Assembly: GCA_019057865.1 (NCBI GenBank)
Contig: JAHLWP010000023.1
Span: 1 to 62,718 of the forward strand
Direction: 5' to 3'
DNA from: Promethearchaeota archaeon
GTDB taxonomy: Archaea > Asgardarchaeota > Lokiarchaeia > Sigyniarchaeales > SOKP01
Length of the DNA stretch: 62,718 nt
Positions 9,462-19,647 of the stretch are shown here, one piece after another (the first letter of the stretch is position 1; every line of letters begins with the position of its first letter). The notes beneath the pieces are model-generated. The model had not been told where the DNA came from. It saw only the letters and a list, made by a program, of their open reading frames with translations, and did no database searches. Position numbers and translations under genes: made by a program.

Positions 9462-10187
9462 CTATTTATTCTTTATATAATTTAGAATTTTGAGATACAG
9501 ATCCTTTTCTGCATCCTTTTTGTTTCCAAATTTTTCTGACTGTAAGCTATTTGGAAGTATTAGTAATTCCATTTGACTATTTTTATCAACTATTTTAAGA
9601 TTTTTGGCTCTCCAGATAGGGTCGTGTTCAAGACCATATTTTTCAAATTCAAGTTTTATAAGTATATTTGTTTTGTACTTATTTTGAAGAAATTCTAATA
9701 AAGCATTTTTATTTAATATAGTAGAATCTTTTATAATAGATTCAATATCCTCATAGAATCTATTAATTATCTTGTCTTCCACTAGTTTTAAATTAAAATC
9801 CGAATCAAGAAATATAGCACCGCATATCGCTTCAAAAATATCTGCTAAAATTCGAGTTCCCTCAATTTTTTGTTTATCAGATTTGAAAATATATCGCTCT
9901 AAATCAATTTTTATTGCTATTTTTTTAAATGCTTCATCGCTTTCCAATGATGCTTTAAGTTTTGTAATTTCTCCAGGATCCTCAATTCCCATTTGATATA
10001 ATTTTAATATGAATGCTGTTTTTATAACAGAATCTCCGAGAATTTCCAAATATTCATATGAAGGAATATTGTTTTCATTTCCAAATTGGGGAGTTGTTAA
10101 CGCTTGACCTAATAAGTCTTCATTCTTAAATTTATATTTTAATAAATCTTGGAATTTTTTTAATTTCTGACTCATCTTATCCAGCAT
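9462..10187 (-). CDS. rnc: Ribonuclease III domain protein with dsRBD-like C-terminus
   Basis: Signature YEYLEILGDSV and second acidic motif LADIFEAICGAIFLD. C-terminal KNALLEFLQ...KKDAEK resembles a dsRBD. Confidence 0.85.
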   Translation of the reverse strand: MLDKMSQKLKKFQDLLKYKFKNEDLLGQALTTPQFGNENNIPSYEYLEILGDSVIKTAFILKLYQMGIEDPGEITKLKASLESDEAFKKIAIKIDLERYIFKSDKQKIEGTRILADIFEAICGAIFLDSDFNLKLVEDKIINRFYEDIESIIKDSTILNKNALLEFLQNKYKTNILIKLEFEKYGLEHDPIWRAKNLKIVDKNSQMELLILPNSLQSEKFGNKKDAEKDLYLKILNYIKNK

Positions 10188-10248
10188 CTTCCTAATTAAC
10201 TATTATTATCAGATAAATTTAAAAATTTAATCTATTCTTAATAAATAT

Positions 10249-10674
10249 ATGGAAAGAGAAAAAATTCTTTCAATAATAAAAGGAATTGAGGAGAAGAATT
10301 TAGAATTAGAAAAGTACCTTTCAAATTTAACTATTTTATCTAGAAATGATGTTATTAAAGAAATCTCACAAAACATTATTCAAAATAATGAATTATTACA
10401 AGAAATAGTAAGTAGTAAGGAACAGCTTTTTTCAAGCGGAATTAAAAGACCTACTAGCCCAATCCAACATATAATCGAAGGTTTTCTCTCTAAAATTAAA
10501 AACACTCCCTTTAAAAAGGTTATATATTTAAGAGAGTTTCTTGAGATATTCAAACAAGAAATATCGGAGAAAGATAAAGATGTGATTTTACAATCCTTGA
10601 AAGACGAAAAAAATGAAGAAGAATTAAAAGAGAAAATGATAACTTTAGCTAATACATTTGAATTGAAATTTTAA
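10249..10674 (+). CDS. Hypothetical helical protein
   Basis: 141-aa ATG ORF filling the intergenic space; no recognisable motif. Confidence 0.65.
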   Translation: MEREKILSIIKGIEEKNLELEKYLSNLTILSRNDVIKEISQNIIQNNELLQEIVSSKEQLFSSGIKRPTSPIQHIIEGFLSKIKNTPFKKVIYLREFLEIFKQEISEKDKDVILQSLKDEKNEEELKEKMITLANTFELKF

Positions 10675-10723
10675 AATTAATTCCTTTAACTTATGATTTG
10701 AAAAGTTATATGTATTATTTAAT

Positions 10724-11128
10724 TCAAAGCTCAAATAGCTGAAGTAAAATTAATACTTTTTTAATACCTCGTATCTTTATTTTTCCAGTAAGTACTTTCC
10801 TTATTATTTTCCCCATTGAAACTTCATCGCCTCCTAAGATTTCCAAAAATAAAGGCGTAGAAGTTTGAAATAAGCCATCCCAACCAACAACTTTCTTTTT
10901 TAAATTCTTTTTTGGTTTATTTTCTATGCCCTCAACATGTATTGTGCCTTTATCGATCACAAGCAACGCAGCATATTTTCCATCTTTTGCATTCAAAAGA
11001 ATTTTAACTCCAGTATCCTTAAATCTTTCTTTAAATTTCTCATTTTCATTTAAAGGGTCAACCAACTTCGCTACAGTGGCAGCAAAACCACGTGGTCTTT
11101 TCTTTTTTTCTTCAGTCATACTAATCAA
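10724..11128 (-). CDS. SCP2/sterol-carrier-like lipid-binding protein (probable ATG at 11119)
   Basis: NENEKFKERFKD...KVLTGKIKIRG follows the SCP2-fold pattern. Confidence 0.65.
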   Translation of the reverse strand: MISMTEEKKKRPRGFAATVAKLVDPLNENEKFKERFKDTGVKILLNAKDGKYAALLVIDKGTIHVEGIENKPKKNLKKKVVGWDGLFQTSTPLFLEILGGDEVSMGKIIRKVLTGKIKIRGIKKVLILLQLFEL

Positions 11129-11295
11129 TTACTAAAAATTTTAGTAATTTTAATACTTTTTTCAGTTATAATTAAATTACTTCTTAAATAATTTAAAGAT
11201 TTAATTTATTTTTTTAAAGTTAAACGTAAGAATTCATAAATAGATAAAATATTAGAGAATAAGTGAACTAATTAGAAGCAATGCTTGCAATATAG

Positions 11296-11550
11296 TTAGT
11301 ACCCATTCGCTTCAGACCTCCCAAAATAATCTTCCCACGCTTTCCTATCTTCACCGGAAATTCTTTCTCCCAAAATTCTATCTTTAACTACAATTGGTGC
11401 TGATTCTCTCTCGTCATGTTTAATTGTTTTAATTATTTTGTAATCCTCTTGGTCTTTTCCTAAGTCAAACTCTTTGTCACATGCTTTACAATATAATTTT
11501 TTGCTTTTTGGGATTAAGATGTTGTCGCACTCAGGGCAGAATCTCATCAT
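11296..11550 (-). CDS. TFS/RpoM (RPB9/A12/C11)-family paralogue with N-terminal Zn ribbon only
   Basis: MRFCPECDNIL...LYCKAC N-ribbon with no C-terminal CxxC/QxRxADE ribbon. AGGTGA SD-like sequence precedes ATG 11550. Confidence 0.75.
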   Translation of the reverse strand: MMRFCPECDNILIPKSKKLYCKACDKEFDLGKDQEDYKIIKTIKHDERESAPIVVKDRILGERISGEDRKAWEDYFGRSEANGY

Positions 11551-11834
11551 TCCAAAAATCACCTTTTTCAATGCTTATGCTTATTAAATTTTACGGTTTA
11601 GTTCATTATTATATTTCAGAGATATTAAAACTATTTAACCCTTATAAATTTAATGAAAATTTAACTTAATGTGCGTCAATAGTATATATAAATTTTTGCA
11701 TTTAATCAATTAATAAGTACAAAAAATCAGTCAATTAAATCATGTCAAAATATCTTATAATTTAATTAGATTTAACTAAAATGAGTAATTAAAAACCTAT
11801 TTAAATTATTACAAATCTTTTTACTTAAGAACTT

Positions 11835-12599
11835 TTGAAATTGGGGATATTTGAAATAAATTCTTCAGAAAAGAATGTTTTAGTAATAGCTCATCGAGGC
11901 GCTTACAGTGATGCTCTCGAAAATAGTATGGAGGGATTTAAAAGAGCTATTGAGTTAAGGGCTGATTATGTTGAACTGGACATTCATAAAACTTTAGATG
12001 GCATCCCTGTTATAATGCATGATACAAATACTATTAGAATGACAGGAAAAAACGGAATTATAAAGAGCATGACTATTAAGGAGTTGAAACAATTAAAATT
12101 ACATAATGGTGAGAAAATCCCTACATTACAAGAAGTCATTCAAGTTGCTAAAGGTAAAATTAAGTTATTATGTGAGTTAAAAGGTAAAGGAACTGCTTTA
12201 AATGTAGTGAAGATATTAAGAGAAAAGGATATGATTGATTCTACTATTATTCAATCCTTTTATGTTGAAGAATTGCTAGAAGTTAAAAATATTGAGCCAA
12301 ATTTTAAATTAGGATTAATTGTCCCAATTACGGAAGAATACTTACCTGAATGGGCTCAAAGGAAAAATATGATTCACGAAGTACTTAGTTTCAAGTTTGA
12401 ATATCTAATTACTCGATTTAAAAATGTTAAGGAGAAATTTATAAATTATTCTCATAAATATGATTTAAAAATACTAGTTTATCCAGTTGATTCTAAAATA
12501 ATTACTAAAAGGTATATCAATATGGGTGTAGATGGATTAATTGTTAATAATATTTCGCAAACTAAAGCTATTCTTAGGCAATTGAAGGATATTTTTTAG
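11835..12599 (+). CDS. Glycerophosphodiester phosphodiesterase
   Basis: IAHRG, ENS, VELDIH, IMHD, IPTLQE, ELK and GVDGLI. Confidence 0.9.
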   Translation: MKLGIFEINSSEKNVLVIAHRGAYSDALENSMEGFKRAIELRADYVELDIHKTLDGIPVIMHDTNTIRMTGKNGIIKSMTIKELKQLKLHNGEKIPTLQEVIQVAKGKIKLLCELKGKGTALNVVKILREKDMIDSTIIQSFYVEELLEVKNIEPNFKLGLIVPITEEYLPEWAQRKNMIHEVLSFKFEYLITRFKNVKEKFINYSHKYDLKILVYPVDSKIITKRYINMGVDGLIVNNISQTKAILRQLKDIF

Positions 12600-12722
12600 T
12601 ATATCTCTTACAAAAACATTTAAACTAATACTTTTTCCTAATTTAATAAAATATTTTAGTCAAATGATCATACTTTAATTATTATATTACAGAATTTTTT
12701 ATTATAATCTCCTTATTTAATT

Positions 12723-14219
12723 ATGCCTGATTCAGTTTCAACAGAAATGATTGATTTTAATAGACTATTTTACCCAAGAGCTATTGGTATTATTGGAGCT
12801 AGTTATAAACCTGCTGGAGGAGGATATTTTGTCGAAATCATGAAGGATAGATTTCGAAATCCTATCTATCTTTTTAATCCCCGTTTAGCCGGCACTGAAC
12901 TATTTGGTATAAAGGTTTATCGCTCAATTTTAGAAATCCCTAAAGAAAAGCCAATTGATTATGTAATAATTGGTGTTCCCGCCAAAATAGTCCCTAAAGT
13001 TTTAGAAGAGATTGGGCAGAAGGGAGTTCCATTTGCTACAATTTTTGCTTCTGGGTTTAGTGAAGTTGGAAATGAAGATTTAGAGAGTCAAGTGCTTAGC
13101 TTAGCTAAAAAATATCATATTCGCATAATAGGACCAAATTGTTTGGGTGTTTATAATCCAGAAGCAGGATTATATATTGGAAGAGATCAATCAAGAAAGG
13201 CAGGAAATTTTGGATCTGTGTTGCAATCTGGTGGATTAGCGGTAAATATAGCTCAATTAGCATGTACTTATGGAGTAGAAGTCTCAAAAATGATCTCAAT
13301 TGGAAATGCTATAGATTTATCACATCCAGATTTTTTAGAATATTTTCTAATTGATAATCGCACAGCAATTATTGGATTGTATCTTGAAAATCTTAAAACT
13401 CAAAAGATTGGTCGCCGATTCATGGAAACAGCGAAAAAATGTAATCTAAATAGAAAACCCGTGATCTTATGGAGAGCTGGTTATGGAGAAGCAACTAAGA
13501 AAGCAATATTGTCCCATACAGGAGGTTTAGCAGGAAACAATAAAATTTGGCAAGCAGTTGCTAAGCAAACAGGGTGTAGCCTAGTAGATAACTCAGTTGA
13601 ACTTGCGGCTTTAGCTTCTGCTTTTAAATTAATCCATTTACCCACTACACGCAATATTGGATTAATAGGAATTGGTGGAGGCTCAACAATAGAGGCAGGA
13701 GATACTTTAGAAAAATATAATTTGAAAATTCCTCAACTAACTGAAAAAACAATTATCAAAATGAGTCGTTTTTTACCTGACGTAAATACTAATTTTACAA
13801 ATCCTATTGATCTAGGAGCTCAGGGAGCTCTCCCTCATGTATATTATCGAACAATCTTAACTCTTGATAAAGACCCTAATATTTCTTCTATAGTGTTTGT
13901 TAAAGATCCTGAACGATTTCGCAAATTAGAAGACTCAATTCTAGGTAAATTAGGATTTGATAAAGGTGTAGATTTAAATCGAGAATTCATCAGGTATATT
14001 AGTAAAGCAAAAAGAATTTGTACAAAACCTATGGTTTGTGTAATGTTAAAAATTTCGGAAGGATTTGAGGAGTATAAAAGTCGTTATAAATTTAAATTAA
14101 AGCTTCTTAACAGAAATGTCCCTGTATTCGAAAACTTTGATTTATGTGGAAAAATACTCAACAATATGAATACATATAGAGAATTTCTTCAAAAGTATGG
14201 AAAGTATCCAAAAAATTAA
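12723..14219 (+). CDS. ADP-forming acyl-CoA synthetase alpha subunit (AcdA-like)
   Basis: PRAIGIIGAS, IIGPNCLG, QSGG, phospho-His motif SHTGGLAG and NPIDL. Confidence 0.85.
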   Translation: MPDSVSTEMIDFNRLFYPRAIGIIGASYKPAGGGYFVEIMKDRFRNPIYLFNPRLAGTELFGIKVYRSILEIPKEKPIDYVIIGVPAKIVPKVLEEIGQKGVPFATIFASGFSEVGNEDLESQVLSLAKKYHIRIIGPNCLGVYNPEAGLYIGRDQSRKAGNFGSVLQSGGLAVNIAQLACTYGVEVSKMISIGNAIDLSHPDFLEYFLIDNRTAIIGLYLENLKTQKIGRRFMETAKKCNLNRKPVILWRAGYGEATKKAILSHTGGLAGNNKIWQAVAKQTGCSLVDNSVELAALASAFKLIHLPTTRNIGLIGIGGGSTIEAGDTLEKYNLKIPQLTEKTIIKMSRFLPDVNTNFTNPIDLGAQGALPHVYYRTILTLDKDPNISSIVFVKDPERFRKLEDSILGKLGFDKGVDLNREFIRYISKAKRICTKPMVCVMLKISEGFEEYKSRYKFKLKLLNRNVPVFENFDLCGKILNNMNTYREFLQKYGKYPKN

Positions 14220-14448
14220 TCCTTTCTATTTAGAATATTTAATTGTTATACTTTCTCGAATGTTCAGTGGAATCTTATTATTGTTTATTCGTAATTTAAA
14301 GAGGATATTTTTGGTAAACAATTAATCTTATTTTTTTAAACAAAATAGTTTTTACTTTTATTTCTCTTATCTTCTTTTATCAAATTGATTTTGATAAAAT
14401 TAAAACAGTTTAAAAATTTTTTCAAGTATTTAGGAAGTATTCAACAAA

Positions 14449-15309
14449 TCAAGCTGTTTTTTGCTGATTAATTAGATGTTTAACTTCTATTGGACGTCCA
14501 GGACTACCTTGATAATACTTTTTACCATCCTTTCCTCGCCAATTTTTATGTAATACTGTATTAGGGAATATAATATTATCGTCTGTCGTCAACGCATTTG
14601 GACCTGCTATTGTCCCTGGATAAAATGTATTGTTTATTCCTATTTTAATTTCCATCATAGTAATTTTACCGAAAATTGTGTTAACTGCATGACTTGATAA
14701 AGCACTTGAAGGATAAAAAAATGTATTATCTCCTATATCAGTAAATTCTAAACCTACATACCCATCGCAATAAATAACATTATGTCCGATTTTATTATGC
14801 GAAACTTTTCGAAGTGTTCGATTTACGAGCCATGGAAATGGAGATTTTGACGTTATCCACATTGGATATTTAATAATAAAACCTCTTTTATGATAGTATT
14901 TCATCATTTTACCTTCTGGACTATTTACATCGTCAAGAACTCGTGCAAAAACACCTTCTTGAGGTGGTGATTTTTTATACCAATACCTAGCCCAAAACGC
15001 TACAAATTCGATTAAAACAATCAAATAGATATAATATATTAATAAAAGAAAACCTGGTAATATAAGTAAATGTAAGAAAGGTGGAATTGAAAATAATCTA
15101 ATAAAAAAGTATTCAAAAAGGAAAAATATACCAACACACAAATATAAAGGCACTAAGAAGCTTATAAAATTAATTTTAAAGAAATCAATTGCTGGAAGCT
15201 CGACTGTTTTTGCTTCTTTTACAGCAGAATTAAAATCATTTTTCATTTTATCAACTTCCATAATATTGTACCTAATGAAGAACTCTAATAAATTATTTAG
15301 AATTGCCAA
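14449..15309 (-). CDS. Membrane protein with C-terminal left-handed beta-helix (hexapeptide acyltransferase-like)
   Basis: Two N-terminal hydrophobic helices, then IGHNVI/IGDNTF/IGINNT repeats and a YQGSPGR end. The true start is probably a downstream ATG. Confidence 0.7.
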   Translation of the reverse strand: MAILNNLLEFFIRYNIMEVDKMKNDFNSAVKEAKTVELPAIDFFKINFISFLVPLYLCVGIFFLFEYFFIRLFSIPPFLHLLILPGFLLLIYYIYLIVLIEFVAFWARYWYKKSPPQEGVFARVLDDVNSPEGKMMKYYHKRGFIIKYPMWITSKSPFPWLVNRTLRKVSHNKIGHNVIYCDGYVGLEFTDIGDNTFFYPSSALSSHAVNTIFGKITMMEIKIGINNTFYPGTIAGPNALTTDDNIIFPNTVLHKNWRGKDGKKYYQGSPGRPIEVKHLINQQKTA

Positions 15310-15424
15310 TTAATAATTTTTTACATTTTTTATGAAAAATAATCCCAAATTTTTAAGTAAATAATTAATTTGCTTTTGTATCACTTTCTTATTAATTGTA
15401 AGAACATTTAGTATAAAAATAACC

Positions 15425-16663
15425 ATGTCAAATGATACAACCCTTAAGAATCGAAGATACTTCAAATATCCTAACTTATCTCCACTATGGATAGCTGTTT
15501 TTATCGATATTATAGGATTCTCAATGATTCTACCGATGGCACCATTTATCGCTAAGGAGTTTAACGTTCATATTTTTGTCATGGGTATAGTTCTTTCTGT
15601 AAATGCTATGTTTTCATTCATTTTTGGACCAATTTTAGGAAAATTAAGCGATAAATTTGGAAGAAAACCATTACTTTTAATCTCTCAATTTGGCACATGC
15701 GTAGGATTTATTTTATTGGCATTTTCAAATTCGATCTGGATGGTTGTTATATCGCGTGCTGTTGATGGAGTCTTTGGAGGTAATTTTCCAATTGCAAAAG
15801 CTATCATTGGTGATGAAGTTCCTCCAAAAGATAGAAGTTTTCAAATGGCAAATATAGGAGTTGCCCATGTATTAGCTTCTCTTATTGGACCAGGATTAGG
15901 GGGAACTCTTTTTAGTATTGGAGGGATTTTTCTTCCTGGATTATTGGCGGCAGGATTATCTGTATTTACAATGATAATTACAATTTTTATTTTAGAAGAG
16001 ACTTGGCCAAAATCAAAACGTCAAGTAACTCAGGAAATTATTCCAAAAATTATTATCAAAATTAGAAAAAACAAAAGTGCTATGTTTTATTTGGTACTAT
16101 GGGGTTTTCATACAGCATCTTTCATGATCGCAATGGTTTCATTTTCTTTCTTCGCGGAGATTGTATTTGGAGTTGATCCTTATGAAATTGGAATCTTATT
16201 GATGATCGCTGGTATTTTAAGGGTTTTAGTAAGATTTACATTATTTAAACCGACCATAACAAAGTTGGGAGAGAATAATGCAATCAAGTTTGGATTAGGC
16301 ATCTTTTTTGTATCCTTTCTAATAATTGGGTTCTCCATTAATGTTATAATGCTGTTCGCAATGATTTTATTCATTAGTTTTGCTGCTTCATTAACCCGTG
16401 GTCCATTAAATAGCAAAATAAGTCAGTCAGTATCACCAAGAGAACAAGGTAAGATCAATGGTTATTCTTCTGGATTAGATAGTTTTGCGCAAATTATAGG
16501 ACCTTTAACCGGTACTTTTATGCTTGGTTTTTTTGCTCCGTACTACTTAAGTTTTGTAATTGGTTCAATAGCTTTAGTTCCTTTTCTAATGAGTTTTAAA
16601 ATTATAGAATTAAAGCGATATGAGTTACCAACTCAAAAGGAAATTATAGTTCCAGAGAACTAG
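15425..16663 (+). CDS. MFS transporter (DHA1/TetA-like)
   Basis: Motif A GKLSDKFGRKP, about 12 hydrophobic segments and IGPGLGG motif C. Confidence 0.92.
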   Translation: MSNDTTLKNRRYFKYPNLSPLWIAVFIDIIGFSMILPMAPFIAKEFNVHIFVMGIVLSVNAMFSFIFGPILGKLSDKFGRKPLLLISQFGTCVGFILLAFSNSIWMVVISRAVDGVFGGNFPIAKAIIGDEVPPKDRSFQMANIGVAHVLASLIGPGLGGTLFSIGGIFLPGLLAAGLSVFTMIITIFILEETWPKSKRQVTQEIIPKIIIKIRKNKSAMFYLVLWGFHTASFMIAMVSFSFFAEIVFGVDPYEIGILLMIAGILRVLVRFTLFKPTITKLGENNAIKFGLGIFFVSFLIIGFSINVIMLFAMILFISFAASLTRGPLNSKISQSVSPREQGKINGYSSGLDSFAQIIGPLTGTFMLGFFAPYYLSFVIGSIALVPFLMSFKIIELKRYELPTQKEIIVPEN

Positions 16664-16725
16664 TTAATTCATATCTAAAATAAATTTTTCTGATAATTCA
16701 AATAATTAATATTTAAGTTTAATCT

Positions 16726-17565
16726 TTAACTTTTAAGAAAATCTATGATATGCTTATTAACTTCTGGAGCTTTTTCTTTGTAAGAACTATGTCCTGCTTT
16801 CTCAATTACAATAAATTTACTATTAAGAATTCTTTCATGAATTTGCAGATTTACAGACTTAGGCATTTGGCGATCATTTGAAGCACACATAATTAATGTT
16901 TCACTTTTAATTTCATGTAATCGGTCTATAATATTATGAGTCCCTAGCGCATGTGCTTGATTTTCTATATCTTGTGGAGTTGCAGGGTTAATAGTGTCTT
17001 CTCTAATCAAATCCTCAGCTGAAAATAGTCCATAAAACTTCTTTTTTGGATTTTCTTTCATTTCTTTTCGAAATTTAAGTGTGTAACTAATAGGAGTCGA
17101 ATCGAAAAATGCTTTAGTAGGATCTTTCAATCTTTTTTCATATCCTGTAATTTTACTCTGCTTGTAGACTTCTAAGCCAGATTTATTTTCAGGCCATTTA
17201 GGAATAGTATTAATCAAAACTAATTTATTTAATCGATTGGGATATTTTACAGCAAAGTGTTGAGCAATCATACCTCCAACTGACACTCCAACAACGTGAG
17301 CTTTATCGATTTTGAGATATTCCATCAAACTATTTATATCATCAGCAAATAATTCCATAGTATATGGTTGATTTGGACGATCAGATTTACCTGACCCTCG
17401 ATTATCGAATCTTATTACCTTGAAATGTTCAGATAAAGGACCAAATTGTGCTATCCAACTTTCTTTTTTTGCTCCGAATCCATGAATTAAGAAAACTGGT
17501 ACTCCTTCACCTTTTACTTCGTAGCATATTTTTATTCCATTAACTTCAGCAAATAATTCAGACAT
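16726..17565 (-). CDS. Alpha/beta hydrolase
   Basis: HGFG oxyanion loop, FDNRGSGKSD, nucleophile GVSVGG and AGH. Confidence 0.9.
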   Translation of the reverse strand: MSELFAEVNGIKICYEVKGEGVPVFLIHGFGAKKESWIAQFGPLSEHFKVIRFDNRGSGKSDRPNQPYTMELFADDINSLMEYLKIDKAHVVGVSVGGMIAQHFAVKYPNRLNKLVLINTIPKWPENKSGLEVYKQSKITGYEKRLKDPTKAFFDSTPISYTLKFRKEMKENPKKKFYGLFSAEDLIREDTINPATPQDIENQAHALGTHNIIDRLHEIKSETLIMCASNDRQMPKSVNLQIHERILNSKFIVIEKAGHSSYKEKAPEVNKHIIDFLKS

Positions 17566-17670
17566 ATAAGATTTATTCTAGTAATTTTTTCAAGTTAGAT
17601 AATCAAATCTTTATCAATATTAAAGATTTTTTTTAATTCTATAAATAGGGTAATTGAAGGATTTCATATT

Positions 17671-18510
17671 CTATTTGTTTAAAAATTCGAGAATTGTCTT
17701 ATTAACTTCGGGAGCATTTGAAAGATTTACCATATGACCTGCTTTATCAATAATTTTTAAAATACTATTTGGAATTACTTCATTCATTTCTTTCATAAAT
17801 GAAAGAGGAATTAGAACATCATTAGATGAAGCAATTAATAGCACTGGATTTTTTATTTTATTCAACCTACTAAAACTATTAAAATCTAATAAAGAATGGG
17901 CTTGGTTTATGAGATCTTGAGCGGATACCCGTTTATCATTATCAATTTTAATTAAATCTTCAACAGAGAATAGATTAAAAAATTTTTTTTTAGGGTTTGC
18001 CTTCATCTGCCTTCTAAATTTTTGGTGGTAGAGAAACTTCGAGAGTTCCCAAAAAGCCTCTTCCGGGGGCCCATTACTTTTATTTAGGTTTTCAGAGGTT
18101 TGTTTTATAAGGATATCATGGATCCATTTCGCTGAATAAGTGGTATTCATTAGTACTAACTTATTCACATATTTAGGATAATTTAATGTAAATTGTTGAA
18201 TTATCATTCCACCTAAACTTTGTCCGATTAAATGTGCTCCATCTATTTGAAGAAAATCCATTAAACCTTTAAGATCATTCGCAAACATTTGCATTGTAAT
18301 AGGCTCATTAGGATGATCAGATTTTCCTGAACTTCGATTATCAAACGTAATTACATTAAATCTCTCACTTAATGCTCCAATTTGTGCGATCCATCCTTCT
18401 TTTGTTCCACTAAAACCACTTACTAATATCACTGGATAGCCTTTTCCATATTTTTTATAGCATATATTTATACCATTAATATAAGCAAAGACTTCTGTCA
18501 TAATAACCAT
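17671..18510 (-). CDS. Alpha/beta hydrolase (tandem paralogue)
   Basis: FDNRSSGKSD, GQSLGG and AGH; shares the cap insertion MKxNPKKKF with 16726-17565. Confidence 0.9.
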   Translation of the reverse strand: MVIMTEVFAYINGINICYKKYGKGYPVILVSGFSGTKEGWIAQIGALSERFNVITFDNRSSGKSDHPNEPITMQMFANDLKGLMDFLQIDGAHLIGQSLGGMIIQQFTLNYPKYVNKLVLMNTTYSAKWIHDILIKQTSENLNKSNGPPEEAFWELSKFLYHQKFRRQMKANPKKKFFNLFSVEDLIKIDNDKRVSAQDLINQAHSLLDFNSFSRLNKIKNPVLLIASSNDVLIPLSFMKEMNEVIPNSILKIIDKAGHMVNLSNAPEVNKTILEFLNK

Positions 18511-18537
18511 TATTTAATTTCTTTTCAATATTCTTTT

Positions 18538-19602
18538 TTACATCTTACATATCGAGAATCCACAAAATTTACAATTTCCTTTATTATCTAAATTCAATTC
18601 ACTGATACCAAAGATGACTCTTTTAATAACTATCTTAGAGCAGTTTGGACATACAGTATGTTCATATTTTGTATTTGGCAAGTTTCCAAGGTAAACATAT
18701 TTTAAGCCAACATCTTGTGCAATATCATAAACATTATATAATGTTTTTAATGGTGTTGGAACTTTATAGCCATAATCAACAGATTTATATTGTGGAAAAA
18801 ATCGACTAATATGAAAGGGAGTCAATTCTCCTAATTCTTCTAATATTCTTTGAGCAATACTTTTTATGATCTCTTCATCAGAATTTAAACCTTCAATTAT
18901 TAAGGTAGTAATCTCAACATGTACTCCTAAATCAATTGCTAAATTAGCATTTCGCCATACTTTTTCTACATCTGTTCCACAATATTTTTGAACCATATCC
19001 GCTCCTCCTTTTATATCAATATTAATAGCATCAAGTCCATTTTTAACTAACTCTTTAAGAACTTCTTCTGTCATATATCCATTCGATACATAGGTATTAT
19101 ATAACCCTTTTTTTTTAGCTAATTTAAACACATCCAATGAATATTCAAATAGTAATGTTGGTTCATTAAAGGATATTGAAGTTCCCTGACAATTATTTTT
19201 TATCGCAATTTTGATAAATTTTTCTGGAGAGAGAAACTCATGCGAATTTTTTACAATATCATATATTTTTTTTGAAGGATGTGAAAGGTGATGATTTTGA
19301 CAAAAAAAACAACTAAAATTACATCCATATGTACCTACGGTAAGAGCTGTACTTCCAGGATGAAAATGATAGAAAGGTTTTTTTTCAATAGGATTAAATG
19401 ATAAAGCGGGAATTAGTCCATAAACAATACAGTATATTTTACCATCTCGATTAATTCTCGTTTGGCAAAATCCTACTTTTCCTTCAGCAATTTTACATTT
19501 TCTCTCACAAGTTAAACATTGAGATATATGGTCATCAATTTTTTGCTGAAATCTTGCAATTTTTAAAAATTTTGAATTAGATAAGTCAATATTATTGTTC
19601 AT
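18538..19602 (-). CDS. amrS: AmmeMemoRadiSam-system radical SAM enzyme
   Basis: N-terminal CLTCERKC...GFCQTR, PIEKKPFYHF, CNFSCFFCQN (CxxxCxxC) and C-terminal CPNC...CKFCG. Confidence 0.88.
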   Translation of the reverse strand: MNNNIDLSNSKFLKIARFQQKIDDHISQCLTCERKCKIAEGKVGFCQTRINRDGKIYCIVYGLIPALSFNPIEKKPFYHFHPGSTALTVGTYGCNFSCFFCQNHHLSHPSKKIYDIVKNSHEFLSPEKFIKIAIKNNCQGTSISFNEPTLLFEYSLDVFKLAKKKGLYNTYVSNGYMTEEVLKELVKNGLDAINIDIKGGADMVQKYCGTDVEKVWRNANLAIDLGVHVEITTLIIEGLNSDEEIIKSIAQRILEELGELTPFHISRFFPQYKSVDYGYKVPTPLKTLYNVYDIAQDVGLKYVYLGNLPNTKYEHTVCPNCSKIVIKRVIFGISELNLDNKGNCKFCGFSICKM

Positions 19603-19647
19603 TACTAATTTATCAAATATTATTCTTATAAATATAAATTTTATAGA

